This document shows, piece after piece, positions 26,819 to 36,116 of a stretch of 64,000 nucleotides of DNA (the stretch's first letter is position 1; the number at the start of each line of letters is the position of its first letter). Location of the stretch: positions 396 to 64,395 of the forward strand of contig CBINNO010000003.1 of assembly GCA_966252055.1 (NCBI GenBank). Direction: 5' to 3'. The position numbers and the translations under genes are program-made. Under the pieces are notes generated by a model. That model worked only from the letters and a program-made list of their open reading frames with translations, did not search any database and had not been told where the DNA came from. This DNA comes from an uncultured Rheinheimera sp. GTDB lineage: Bacteria; Pseudomonadota; Gammaproteobacteria; Enterobacterales; Alteromonadaceae.

Positions 26819-27520
26819 ATGCGGGTATCTGTTTCATGTCTGCTGTGGCTGGGCATGGTGGCGTCACCGCTGGCAGTGAGTCAGGAAATACAGGTCAACA
26901 GCCGGGTCGAAGGCAGTGGTGAACTGCTCCCGGCTCGCGCCACGCTGGTGAGCGGCGAAGTGCTGCATGTGGCGATCAAAGCCGCTCCCGGATACCGGCT
27001 CAAACAAATCCATGGCTGCGATGGCCAGTATCAGGACAGCATCTTTATCACCGGCGCCGTGCGCTACTCCTGTGTAATTCAGGCCACTTTTGTGCCAGAT
27101 GCCGACAGGCTGCCGTCTGCGACTAACCCCGCGACCGAGGTCCAAACGTCACGTCCTCTGTCGTCTGACGCGCAGACGATGGCAGCAAGCAGCACACGGA
27201 AAAGCAATATCATCAAGTTTATCCTGGTGGCCCATCAGGTAAGCAAGATGGTGACAGTGACGGCCGGGATAAGCGCTGGCCTTGGCAGTATTACTCCGGT
27301 GCAACAGACGCTGCTGAAAGGCGAAAGTGCCAGCCTGCTGGTAACTCCTGCTGCGGGTCAGCGGGTGCTCAGCGTGACAGGCTGTGGCCTCAATACCAGC
27401 AACAGTGGTGTGCTGCAGACTCCTGCGCTCAGTGTGAACTGCCATATTTCAGTTAGTTTTGCCGCATTGGTGCAGGGGCTGTGGGACCAGTTCAACTGGG
27501 ATCAGGGCGCCTGGCAGTAA
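26819..27520 (+). CDS. Secreted two-domain InlB B-repeat-like protein with C-terminal LWDQFNWDQGAWQ (233 aa); paralogue of 7739-8452
   Basis: ATG 26819 after GGAGGGG; collinear similarity with the 7739 protein (QVNSRVEGSG vs QVKSRVDGPG; PGYRLKQIHGCDGQYQ vs PGYRLRQISGCNGQYQ). Confidence 0.85.
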   Translation: MRVSVSCLLWLGMVASPLAVSQEIQVNSRVEGSGELLPARATLVSGEVLHVAIKAAPGYRLKQIHGCDGQYQDSIFITGAVRYSCVIQATFVPDADRLPSATNPATEVQTSRPLSSDAQTMAASSTRKSNIIKFILVAHQVSKMVTVTAGISAGLGSITPVQQTLLKGESASLLVTPAAGQRVLSVTGCGLNTSNSGVLQTPALSVNCHISVSFAALVQGLWDQFNWDQGAWQ

Positions 27521-27615
27521 ACCCTTTATTGATGACAGGCAGTCCGGAATCAATGGGCTGATTCTTGTTGCCGAACAATGTTAGTATCTGCGTTTTTGCC
27601 GACAGGGTGTTGTGA

Positions 27616-28896
27616 ATGCTGCAGGAAACTCCCCGCGAAACGCCAATAGCGCCAAAGCGACTGGCCTATCTGGTCAGTCATGGTGCTTCTTATGCAAGCA
27701 ATGGGTATGCAATCCGGACTCATGGTATCGCCTGTGCATTACAGCAGGCCGGGCTGGAAGTCTTATGTTTTGTCCGGCCTGGCCGGCCATGGGATTTTGG
27801 TGCGGCGCACGATGCTGTGCCGCTGGAAGTGGTTAAAGATGGCATTCGTTACATTCACAGCCGCTGGCCGGCCGAAAAGCCAGGCAGCAGCGAAGAACTG
27901 ACCGCTGCCTCTGCAAAGATCTACACGGAACTGTTAGCTGTTTACAAACCGGATTTGGTGCTGGCCGCCTCCAACTATGAAGTTGGCTTGCCAGCGTTGC
28001 TCAGTGCCCGTGCTGCCGGCTTACCCTTCGCATATGAAATCCGGGGATTCTGGGAGATCTCGCGCAGTTCCCGCGAGCCTGAATTTGCGGACACACCGGA
28101 CTATCAGCAGCAGGTCCTGGCGGAAAGCTGGCTGGCCAGTCAGTCCATTGCGCTGTTTACGCTCAATGAAGCGATGCGACAAGAGCTGGTGCAGCGTGGT
28201 GCCGCGCCAGAGCGTGTCGCGCTGGTGCCAAACGGTATCACCCGGCTGCCGGCACTGAGTACTGCCGATCCGGTGCTTGCCAGTCAACTGGGTCTGCAGT
28301 CCGGCGATTATGTTTTTGGTTATGTAGGCAGTCTGCTGGCCTATGAAGGTTTAGATGATCTGATCCGGGCGCTGGCGACACTGCCGGCGACCAGTCGCTG
28401 GAAGTTGCTGCTGGTCGGCGAGCAACATCCTTTTAACGTGGCCCGCAGTCATCAGCAACCAGGTTTTTCCAGTGTATTGCTGGAGTTGGCTCAGAGTCTG
28501 GGCGTGGCAGAGCGTCTCTGTTTTACCGGACGGGTGCCACATGCTGAGGTGGGGGCGTATTATGCGCTGATCGACACTGTCGTATTACCACGCAAAGACT
28601 GGCCCGTTTGCCAGTTGGTGATGCCACTGAAAGGTATTGAGGCCTTGTCTTTTGGCATGCAATTGCTGGTCTCTGATGTGGCGCCATTAAAAGAACTGCA
28701 ACAGCTGTCGGCAACGGTCCGGGTGTTCCGGGCCGGAGACGAGACGGATTTACAGCAGCAACTGCAGGATTTACTGGACCAACGGCTGACATCAGTGCAA
28801 CGCGAGCAAATCCGTCAGCAAGTCTGGCAACAACATAACTATTCACAGGTGATTCGCCCGCTGATGCAATGGAGTCAGGATTGCACCAGCCGCTGA
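27616..28896 (+). CDS. GT4-family glycosyltransferase
   Basis: GT-B motifs FGYVGSLLAYEGLDDL, YYALIDTVVLPR, PLKGIEALSFG. Confidence 0.9.
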   Translation: MLQETPRETPIAPKRLAYLVSHGASYASNGYAIRTHGIACALQQAGLEVLCFVRPGRPWDFGAAHDAVPLEVVKDGIRYIHSRWPAEKPGSSEELTAASAKIYTELLAVYKPDLVLAASNYEVGLPALLSARAAGLPFAYEIRGFWEISRSSREPEFADTPDYQQQVLAESWLASQSIALFTLNEAMRQELVQRGAAPERVALVPNGITRLPALSTADPVLASQLGLQSGDYVFGYVGSLLAYEGLDDLIRALATLPATSRWKLLLVGEQHPFNVARSHQQPGFSSVLLELAQSLGVAERLCFTGRVPHAEVGAYYALIDTVVLPRKDWPVCQLVMPLKGIEALSFGMQLLVSDVAPLKELQQLSATVRVFRAGDETDLQQQLQDLLDQRLTSVQREQIRQQVWQQHNYSQVIRPLMQWSQDCTSR

Positions 28897-29666
28897 ATCT
28901 TGCTCTGCTGGCTGCCTTCTTGTTGAGTGGGCAGCCACTGGCTCTGGCTGACACTTTGTGGTCAGAGAATTTCAATGGCAATACAGCTCAGACTCTGAGC
29001 TGGCAGCAACTGCCCCTGATGCAGCTGGTGCCGGCTGCGGGGAAGGATGCCAGTCAGGCGCTGCAGGTGAACTACCTGGGGTACCCGCGTGGCAGCCAGC
29101 GGATTGTGCGGAATTTGCCGCTGTTAAAGCCGGTGCAGGCTGCGGAATTATCTTTTGCCTTGCGTTTTTGTCCCGGATTTCGTTTTGTCAGAGGCGGCAA
29201 ATTACCTGGATTTGGCTCACTGTTCCCGGTCACTGGCGGCAGCGCAGGTCAGCCGGATGGCTGGAGCGTAAGACTGAGTTTTGGTGCTGAAGGTCGGTTA
29301 GGGGCCTATGTTTATCAACAGCAACGCAAAAGCCGTTATGGCCAGCATTTCTGGGCTGAACATTTTCGCTTTGAGCCTGGCCGGATGTATCAGCTGCGTC
29401 TGCAGCTGGCGTTGAACAGCTCACCGGCACTGCATGACGGCTGGCTGAAAGTATTTGTTGGTGACCAGCTCGTGGTTGCAAAGCAACAATTACAACTGTT
29501 TGCCAGCCAAAATGACCGTTCGGCCATTCACAATCTGCTGTTTCATACCTTCCATGGCGGCTCGTCCCCTGACTATGCACCAAAAGATGCAGCAGGTCGC
29601 TACAGTACCGAATGTGCTTATTTTGATGACTTAACCGTTCGTCAGCAATCCGGAGTGGCCGGCTGA
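28869..29666 (+). CDS. Secreted polysaccharide lyase, PL14-like fold
   Basis: Signal-like N-terminus; GGKLPG, GWSVRLSF, DGWLKVFV, LFHTFHGG motifs characteristic of PL14-like proteins. Confidence 0.75.
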   Translation: MESGLHQPLNLALLAAFLLSGQPLALADTLWSENFNGNTAQTLSWQQLPLMQLVPAAGKDASQALQVNYLGYPRGSQRIVRNLPLLKPVQAAELSFALRFCPGFRFVRGGKLPGFGSLFPVTGGSAGQPDGWSVRLSFGAEGRLGAYVYQQQRKSRYGQHFWAEHFRFEPGRMYQLRLQLALNSSPALHDGWLKVFVGDQLVVAKQQLQLFASQNDRSAIHNLLFHTFHGGSSPDYAPKDAAGRYSTECAYFDDLTVRQQSGVAG

Positions 29667-31402
29667 TGTCTTTGTTGCCAGACCATAAAGAACAGGTCAG
29701 CCTGCCAGAGGTGTGGGTCGACGCAGACTGGTACTTGCAACAATATCCGGATGTGGCGATGGCCGGATTGGATGCGGTTCAGCATTACCGCGATTTTGGC
29801 CGCAGCGAAGGGCGCTGGCCCTGTGCGATGCCAGCGCTTGAACTGGAAACTGCATTGTGGCAGCGCGATAAACAGGCACTGATTCAATTACAGCAACTGT
29901 TAAGTGCCAACAATTCGGGCGAGCTGTTTGGTCACTTGCAAGCGGCACTGGCCGCATTGGTGCTGGCGAAATGGCATGCCAGCTGGGGGCGTTGGCCAGT
30001 CGTTGCCACACTGATGCCACAATTTTTTGCCGTACCAGCGGCGTTGGAACTGGTTCCGGCGCAATTGCCTTGGTTACTGGCTTTCAGCGCAGTGTGGCAG
30101 CAGGACCTGACTGCGGCGGCTGCGCTGTTGCAGCATCCGGGCTGGCCCGGCGGCACCAACAAAGTGCTGGCACAGTCGATGCTGTGGCCCGCTGCTGATC
30201 GTCTGCTTGGACTGCAACAAATCTGGCAGCAGGCCGGACTGATGGCGGCAGAGCCCTGGCAACAGGAAGCGCCGGTGTCAGCAAAGCTGCCGGCGGCCAA
30301 CAGCGCCGTATCTGGCAAAGAACCCGCGGCGCATTTCCCGCTAATCTCGGTCATAGTGCCGCTGTACAACGCAGGCCACACTATTGAGACGGCGCTGTTC
30401 AGCTTATTGGCACAGAGTTGGCCGGCGTTGGAGATCCTGGTCGTTGACGACGGCTCAACCGATGATTCCGCTGCGAGGGTGCGTCAGCTTGCCGCGCGTT
30501 ACCGTCAAATTCGTTTGTTACAACAACCCAACAGTGGCGCTTATGTTGCGCGCAATCTGGGGTTGCGTCATGCCAGAGGCGACTATATTACCACCCACGA
30601 TGCGGATGACTGGTCACATCCGGAAAAGTTATCCATGCAGGTGAGAGCATTGCTGGATAATCCGGCAGTACAGGCGTCAGTGTCGCATTGGGTACGTTGC
30701 ACCACGTTACTGGAGTTTCAGCGCTGGCGCCTCGACGACGGCTGGGTGTACCGCAATGTGTCGTCGCTGATGTTCCGTCGCCAGGTGCATCATCAGCTAG
30801 GGTTCTGGGATCGGGTTGCGGTGAATGCTGACACCGAATTTTACTACCGCATCCGGCAACAATTCGGCGCCGACGCCATTACGGAAGTGTGTGCGGGTAT
30901 TCCGTTGGCGCTGGGGCGCGTTGACCGGCAGTCGCTCAGTCAGACCGGGTTGACGCATTTGCGCACTATGTATGCCGGGATCCGGCGTCAGTATCATGAA
31001 GCAGCGCTGGCCTGGCAGCGACACAGCAAGTCGCTGTATCTGACCGCAGTGCCGCTGCGGCGGGCTTTTGCTGTTCCGGAGCGGATCTGTCGCGGCACAC
31101 CGGAACAGCAGGAACATAACCGGTTTCTGTTGATCCGCAGCTGTCCGTTGTTTGACGCTGACTGGTATTGCCGGCAACATCCGGTGCTGGCGACATCTCC
31201 CGACAAAGCCGCGTGGCATTATTTAAAGCAGGGGGCGGCGGCGGGATTTGCACCTGGGCCTGACTTTGACGGCGCCAGTTATGCGGCGAGGCACCAGTTG
31301 CTGGCAGGCGAGAACCCGCTGCTGCATTATCTGGCTGCTGAAACAGACCGGCTGGCCGGTGACTGGGAATTTGACAGTGAAGCTGCGCCGCCTTTGCGGT
31401 AA
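29666..31402 (+). CDS. GT2-family glycosyltransferase with N- and C-terminal WY..YPDV repeat modules
   Basis: ISVIVPLYNA, VVDDGSTDDS, NSGAYVARNLG, TTHDADDW. Confidence 0.9.
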   Translation: MSLLPDHKEQVSLPEVWVDADWYLQQYPDVAMAGLDAVQHYRDFGRSEGRWPCAMPALELETALWQRDKQALIQLQQLLSANNSGELFGHLQAALAALVLAKWHASWGRWPVVATLMPQFFAVPAALELVPAQLPWLLAFSAVWQQDLTAAAALLQHPGWPGGTNKVLAQSMLWPAADRLLGLQQIWQQAGLMAAEPWQQEAPVSAKLPAANSAVSGKEPAAHFPLISVIVPLYNAGHTIETALFSLLAQSWPALEILVVDDGSTDDSAARVRQLAARYRQIRLLQQPNSGAYVARNLGLRHARGDYITTHDADDWSHPEKLSMQVRALLDNPAVQASVSHWVRCTTLLEFQRWRLDDGWVYRNVSSLMFRRQVHHQLGFWDRVAVNADTEFYYRIRQQFGADAITEVCAGIPLALGRVDRQSLSQTGLTHLRTMYAGIRRQYHEAALAWQRHSKSLYLTAVPLRRAFAVPERICRGTPEQQEHNRFLLIRSCPLFDADWYCRQHPVLATSPDKAAWHYLKQGAAAGFAPGPDFDGASYAARHQLLAGENPLLHYLAAETDRLAGDWEFDSEAAPPLR

Positions 31403-31439
31403 AGTGGCGGCCGTCACCGCGAACCAGCATCAAAAGGAT

Positions 31440-32864
31440 ATGCCAGTGGATTTACCTGAACACGACTTGTCGGATGACCGCTTGCTGCGACAATCGGCCT
31501 TATTCGATTCGGCTTATTATCTGGCGCAGAACCCGGACGTAGCCGCTGCAGGGATGGACCCGGTTCAGCACTATCTGTTGTATGGAGCGGCGGAAGGCCG
31601 GGCTCCTTCTGCCCGCTTTTCGGCCACGGCTTATCAGGCTCTTTACCCGGATGTAGCGCTATCGGGACTGAATCCGCTGGTGCATTATCTGCGTTATGGC
31701 GCTCCGGCCGGCCGGCCTTTACACAGTAGTTTTGCCGGTTGGCAGGCCAGCCGGTCCGGCCCTATGGTGTTGTTGGCCGGGCACGCGGCCGGCTCAGTGT
31801 TGTTTGGTGCAGAACGGAGTCTGCTGGATGTGGCCAGGGCTCTCGATGCACTGGGATATCGGTTAGTGATCACATTGCCTCAGGCAGACAATCAGGCGTA
31901 TATCGAACAACTCAGACCTTTTTGTCAGGCTGTGGCGGTGTTTCCTTACCGCTGGTGGCAGCAGGACCGCTCTGTTGATCCAGAGGCGTTGGCGCAGTTC
32001 CGCCAACTGATGCAGCAATATCAGGTGCAGCTGTTGCATGCCAACACGCTGGTGCATTTTGAAGCATTACTGGCGGCCCGCGCGCTGGCGGTGAAAGTGA
32101 TATTACATGTGCGGGAATTGCCGGCGCTGGATGCTGAGTTGTGTCGCTGGCTGGCAGCCACACCAGAGCAGGTGTTGCAGCATGTACAACAGTTTGCGGA
32201 TTTGGTGATCACCAATTCAGATTTCACTGCCGGTTATTACCCGGACTGTCGTCTGCTCGCGGTGGTGCGTAACACCTTAGCGATTGATCTTTCTGATGTT
32301 TCTCCGGTTGGTGATTGTCATGTTCTGCGCCTGGCGCTGATCAGCAGTAATAGCGCGAAAAAAGGGCTGGATGATTTCACTGCACTGGCCGCACTGGCAG
32401 AGCAGCAGCAGTTACCGGTAAAATGCCTGCTGATTGGCCCGGAAAACGCAGAGACACAGCGCCTGCAGCAGCTGCAGGCACAAGGCCAGTTACCGGCCTG
32501 TTTCGAACTGCGGCCTTATTGCCCGGAGCCGGCCCAAGCGTTGCAACAGGCCGACATCGTGTTGAACCTCTCTCACTTTCAGGAATCGTTTGGCCGCTCT
32601 GTCCTCGAAGCGATGGCGGCAGGTCGTGTGGTGATTGGTTATCGGTGGGGGGCGTTGCCTGAGTTGATCCGCCACGGTGAGACCGGCTTTCTGGTGCCCT
32701 TTGGTGATGTCAGCTCGGTGTTGCTGACCGTCAGGCAGTTGCTGGCACAGCCGCAGCGGTTGTCACAGGTGGCAGTTGCTGCCCGTCAGTATGTATTGCA
32801 GGAGTTTACTGCAGAGAATTTCAGCCGGCAGCTGGCTGCTGCCTATCAATTGATGGACCTCTAA
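31440..32864 (+). CDS. GT4-family glycosyltransferase with N-terminal YPDV repeat modules (474 aa)
   Basis: Start moved to ATG 31440 (SD AAAAGGA); GAERSLL, QESFGRSVLEAMAAG. Confidence 0.9.
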   Translation: MPVDLPEHDLSDDRLLRQSALFDSAYYLAQNPDVAAAGMDPVQHYLLYGAAEGRAPSARFSATAYQALYPDVALSGLNPLVHYLRYGAPAGRPLHSSFAGWQASRSGPMVLLAGHAAGSVLFGAERSLLDVARALDALGYRLVITLPQADNQAYIEQLRPFCQAVAVFPYRWWQQDRSVDPEALAQFRQLMQQYQVQLLHANTLVHFEALLAARALAVKVILHVRELPALDAELCRWLAATPEQVLQHVQQFADLVITNSDFTAGYYPDCRLLAVVRNTLAIDLSDVSPVGDCHVLRLALISSNSAKKGLDDFTALAALAEQQQLPVKCLLIGPENAETQRLQQLQAQGQLPACFELRPYCPEPAQALQQADIVLNLSHFQESFGRSVLEAMAAGRVVIGYRWGALPELIRHGETGFLVPFGDVSSVLLTVRQLLAQPQRLSQVAVAARQYVLQEFTAENFSRQLAAAYQLMDL

Positions 32865-32869
32865 CTGAT

Positions 32870-35236
32870 ATGGTCGTGAATAAAGTGCTGCTGCAGCAGT
32901 TGCAGCAATCTCCGTTGTTTGATGGTCAGTGGTATCAGCAGCGCTATCCGGATGTTGCCCGCAGTGGTATGTCGCCGGCGATGCATTATCTGTTGCTTGG
33001 CAGCAAACTGCAGCGCCAGCCTGGCCCGGATTTCAGCTGTGTTGATTATCTGCAGGCACATCCGTCAGTGCAGGGCAGTGCATTCCTGCACTTTTTGCAA
33101 GCCGGCATGCCTGCTGCTGAACCCGGCAGCTCTGCGCTTGCCAGCTCTGAACCCGTGCCTGTTGCCGACCACAAAACGGTGACGGCTGATAAACCTGCCC
33201 GTCGTCATAAAAAAGCAAAAGAAGTCAAAGTTGCCGGCGATTTGAATAGTACCGGCGGGGCAGATACGGTGATCCGTGGTTGGCTGGCGGGCCTTGGACA
33301 ATCTGAACCCCGGCAGGCTCAAATCCGGCTGGATGGCCAGCTGCTGAGTGAAGTACTGGCGGACGGATATCGCGACGATTTGCTGGCAAACGGTGTCAAT
33401 CAGGGCGAGCACGCTTTTGAAGTCGTGCTGCCGCTCAGTCTGGTCGATGGGAAAAAACATCTGGTAGAGCTGATTGATGCCCAAAGCGGTGCGTTGATCT
33501 GCAGTGCTGAAATGTGTTGGCAGTTGCAGCGAAGTTTTACCGATTTTGATGGTTTTCTTGCCGCCAGTGCCACTAATCCTTATTTTCAGGCGCCATTTCG
33601 TGAAGAAGACAAAGCCGCTTTTGCCGTGACGGAAAACATCGCGCTCTGGCTGCATCAGCTGGCAGACGCGCTTGCAGCCCCCCCGTTAGTGTCCGTCATC
33701 ATGCCTTGTTACAACCGGCTGGATACTATAGGTGCGGCTGTCGCGTCAGTGCTGGCTCAGCGGTATCGCAATTTCGAACTTATCCTGGTCGACGACGCCA
33801 GTAGCGACGGCACTTTGGCCTGGTGCCAGCAACAGACGGATCCCCGGATCCGTCTGGTCGCGCTTGAGCGCAATGGTGGGGCTGCGGCAGCGCGCAATGC
33901 CGGGATCCGGCTCGCTTCAGGTCAGTACCTGATGTATCTGGATTCGGATAACGACTGGGATCCGCGCTACATAGGTGCAATGGTCGGTGCATTCAGCCAG
34001 CTGCCGGATGCCGACGCAATCTATTCTGGTCAGCTGATGTATCAGGGCAAAGCCGAACAACCTTCTGCAGTACGTTTTGGCAGCCTTAATAAGTCATTAT
34101 TGTTTAATAACAACTATATAGACATGAATGCATTCTGCCACACCCGTAGCAGTATGCTGGAGAAAGGCGGTTTTGATCCGCAGTTCAAACGGTTTGAAGA
34201 CTGGGATTTGTTTCTCAGTTACGCCAGTCAGCACCGGATGTATTCTGTGCCGGTGTTATTGTCCAATTATTACCTGTTCAAGACCGACAACAGTCTGACC
34301 GCGGAGCAGAAGTATGCCGCTCAGCTGCATGAAGTCCGGGCTAAGCACAGCGCAGTCTTGCCGCATCATCAAGGTGTGGGTGATTATCAAATCCAACAGC
34401 TGGCGGTCGCAACGGCGTCACTGAGCCGACCGGTTGCCGTGGTGATCCCAAGTTATCAGGCGCTGGATGATCTGCAGGAATGCATCGAAGGCCTGCACCG
34501 GCTGGCGTTGGGTGAGTTGCTGCAAATCATCGTGGTAGACAATGCGTCCGAGCCTGCTGTCGTGGCATACATCCGTGAGCAAACAGCGCTGGGCCGCATT
34601 CAGTCTGTCTGCAATCAGAAAAACTATGGCTTTACCTACGCGGTGAATCAGGGGGCTGCGTTGGCGCGTCCTGACGCAGATATAGTCCTGCTGAATAACG
34701 ATGCGCTGGTGATGCCAGGAGCATTAGAAGTGATGCAGCAGACCGCATGGCAGTATGTCGATTGCGCGATGGTGGTGCCCCAGCAAATCCTGCCGGGTGG
34801 TACTGAAACCATCACCACCCATGTACCTTATGCCAACCCGAAATTTGCGTGCGATGTCAATCTGTCGCGCCATCATGCCAATGTGATTGAGCCGGCGTTG
34901 TTTCACGATGGTGGTGTCAGTGAAATTTGTTTTGCAGCGTTTTTTTGTGTCTATATCCGTCGTGACGCATACGACAAAGCCGGTCCGCTGAATGCTGAGT
35001 ACGGACGCCATTATCGTTCTGACCGTATTTATTGTGATGTGATTCGTCATGTACTGCGGATGAAAATCCTGCATCAGCCGTCAGCTCAGGTGTTTCACAA
35101 GCTGCAGCGGTCGACCCGGACACTGCAAAAAGCCGGTCAGCAGAACGGCATGTTCGAGCTGATGTTCAGAAAAAACCAGTGGGATCCGGACAGCCAGCGT
35201 GAATTGGGTTTTGTCACCGCCCGCTGGGATATTTAA
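32870..35236 (+). CDS. Bifunctional (two GT2 domains) glycosyltransferase
   Basis: VSVIMPCYN...VDDASSDG...YLDSDN, and a second domain VAVVIPSY...VVDNAS...LLNND. Confidence 0.9.
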   Translation: MVVNKVLLQQLQQSPLFDGQWYQQRYPDVARSGMSPAMHYLLLGSKLQRQPGPDFSCVDYLQAHPSVQGSAFLHFLQAGMPAAEPGSSALASSEPVPVADHKTVTADKPARRHKKAKEVKVAGDLNSTGGADTVIRGWLAGLGQSEPRQAQIRLDGQLLSEVLADGYRDDLLANGVNQGEHAFEVVLPLSLVDGKKHLVELIDAQSGALICSAEMCWQLQRSFTDFDGFLAASATNPYFQAPFREEDKAAFAVTENIALWLHQLADALAAPPLVSVIMPCYNRLDTIGAAVASVLAQRYRNFELILVDDASSDGTLAWCQQQTDPRIRLVALERNGGAAAARNAGIRLASGQYLMYLDSDNDWDPRYIGAMVGAFSQLPDADAIYSGQLMYQGKAEQPSAVRFGSLNKSLLFNNNYIDMNAFCHTRSSMLEKGGFDPQFKRFEDWDLFLSYASQHRMYSVPVLLSNYYLFKTDNSLTAEQKYAAQLHEVRAKHSAVLPHHQGVGDYQIQQLAVATASLSRPVAVVIPSYQALDDLQECIEGLHRLALGELLQIIVVDNASEPAVVAYIREQTALGRIQSVCNQKNYGFTYAVNQGAALARPDADIVLLNNDALVMPGALEVMQQTAWQYVDCAMVVPQQILPGGTETITTHVPYANPKFACDVNLSRHHANVIEPALFHDGGVSEICFAAFFCVYIRRDAYDKAGPLNAEYGRHYRSDRIYCDVIRHVLRMKILHQPSAQVFHKLQRSTRTLQKAGQQNGMFELMFRKNQWDPDSQRELGFVTARWDI

Positions 35237-35253
35237 TTCAACGGAGTGCAGAA

Positions 35254-36087
35254 ATGCAGCATGCTTATCGCGCCAAAGGTTATGTTGGGCTGACACGGTG
35301 TTTTACTGTGTTGCTGCTGGGAGGTTTGCTTACTGCCTGTGGTTCAGGCGGCAGCAGCGGCAATGATGGCACGTCGCCAAGGCCACCGGTTGCTGACCGC
35401 TTTGTCAATCCGCAGGTCAGTTGTGGTGATTATCAACTGACTTTAAGTGCGACGTTACCCTGGAAGTTGTCGCGGCCCTCTGATTGGGTGGTGATGGGAT
35501 CGTCGTCGGCCTGGGGGGCCGGAGCCTCCAGTCCGGCCAGCAGCTGGGTTGGGTTACTCAAAGCTGCGACCGTGGCCAGTGGCGCCACCATTCACAACAT
35601 CGCGATGGGTGGGCATTCGACATACAGTGGTTTGAGTACACAATGTGTGGTCAATAGCAGCAGACCCAAAACTGTGCCGGAACACAATATCGAGAAAGCT
35701 CTGAGCCTGCAGCCGGATCTGGTTATTTTGTCGTATCCAAGCAACGATGCGGCCGGTAACTTACCGGCGATTGAGTCGGCGGCTAATCTGATGCTGATGC
35801 GCTGGCAGCTGGCACAGAAAAATGCTGCTGTGCTGGTGTTGTCATCGCAACCCCGCAATATCGAAAAAGAGCGCCAGGCGTTGCTGCTGGAACTGGACAG
35901 ATTGTTAAAGCCGGTCGTTGGTCCCTGTTTTGTTGAGCTGCACGCGTTGTTAGCCGACAGTGCTGGCAATCTGGCCGTCCAATACGATGCTGGTGATGGT
36001 GTGCATTTAAATGATGCGGGTCACCAGGTTGTCTTCCAGGCGGTGCGCGACCGGCTGCAAAGCCGGCAGTGTGTGGATATTTTGTAG
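35254..36087 (+). CDS. SGNH/GDSL-family hydrolase lipoprotein
   Basis: Lipobox LLTAC; block I VMGSSSAWG, NIAMGG, PSND, block V DGVHLNDAGH. Confidence 0.85.
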   Translation: MQHAYRAKGYVGLTRCFTVLLLGGLLTACGSGGSSGNDGTSPRPPVADRFVNPQVSCGDYQLTLSATLPWKLSRPSDWVVMGSSSAWGAGASSPASSWVGLLKAATVASGATIHNIAMGGHSTYSGLSTQCVVNSSRPKTVPEHNIEKALSLQPDLVILSYPSNDAAGNLPAIESAANLMLMRWQLAQKNAAVLVLSSQPRNIEKERQALLLELDRLLKPVVGPCFVELHALLADSAGNLAVQYDAGDGVHLNDAGHQVVFQAVRDRLQSRQCVDIL

Positions 36088-36116
36088 GTGGATTTGTTTT
36101 GAGTTTTTTTCGTGTC

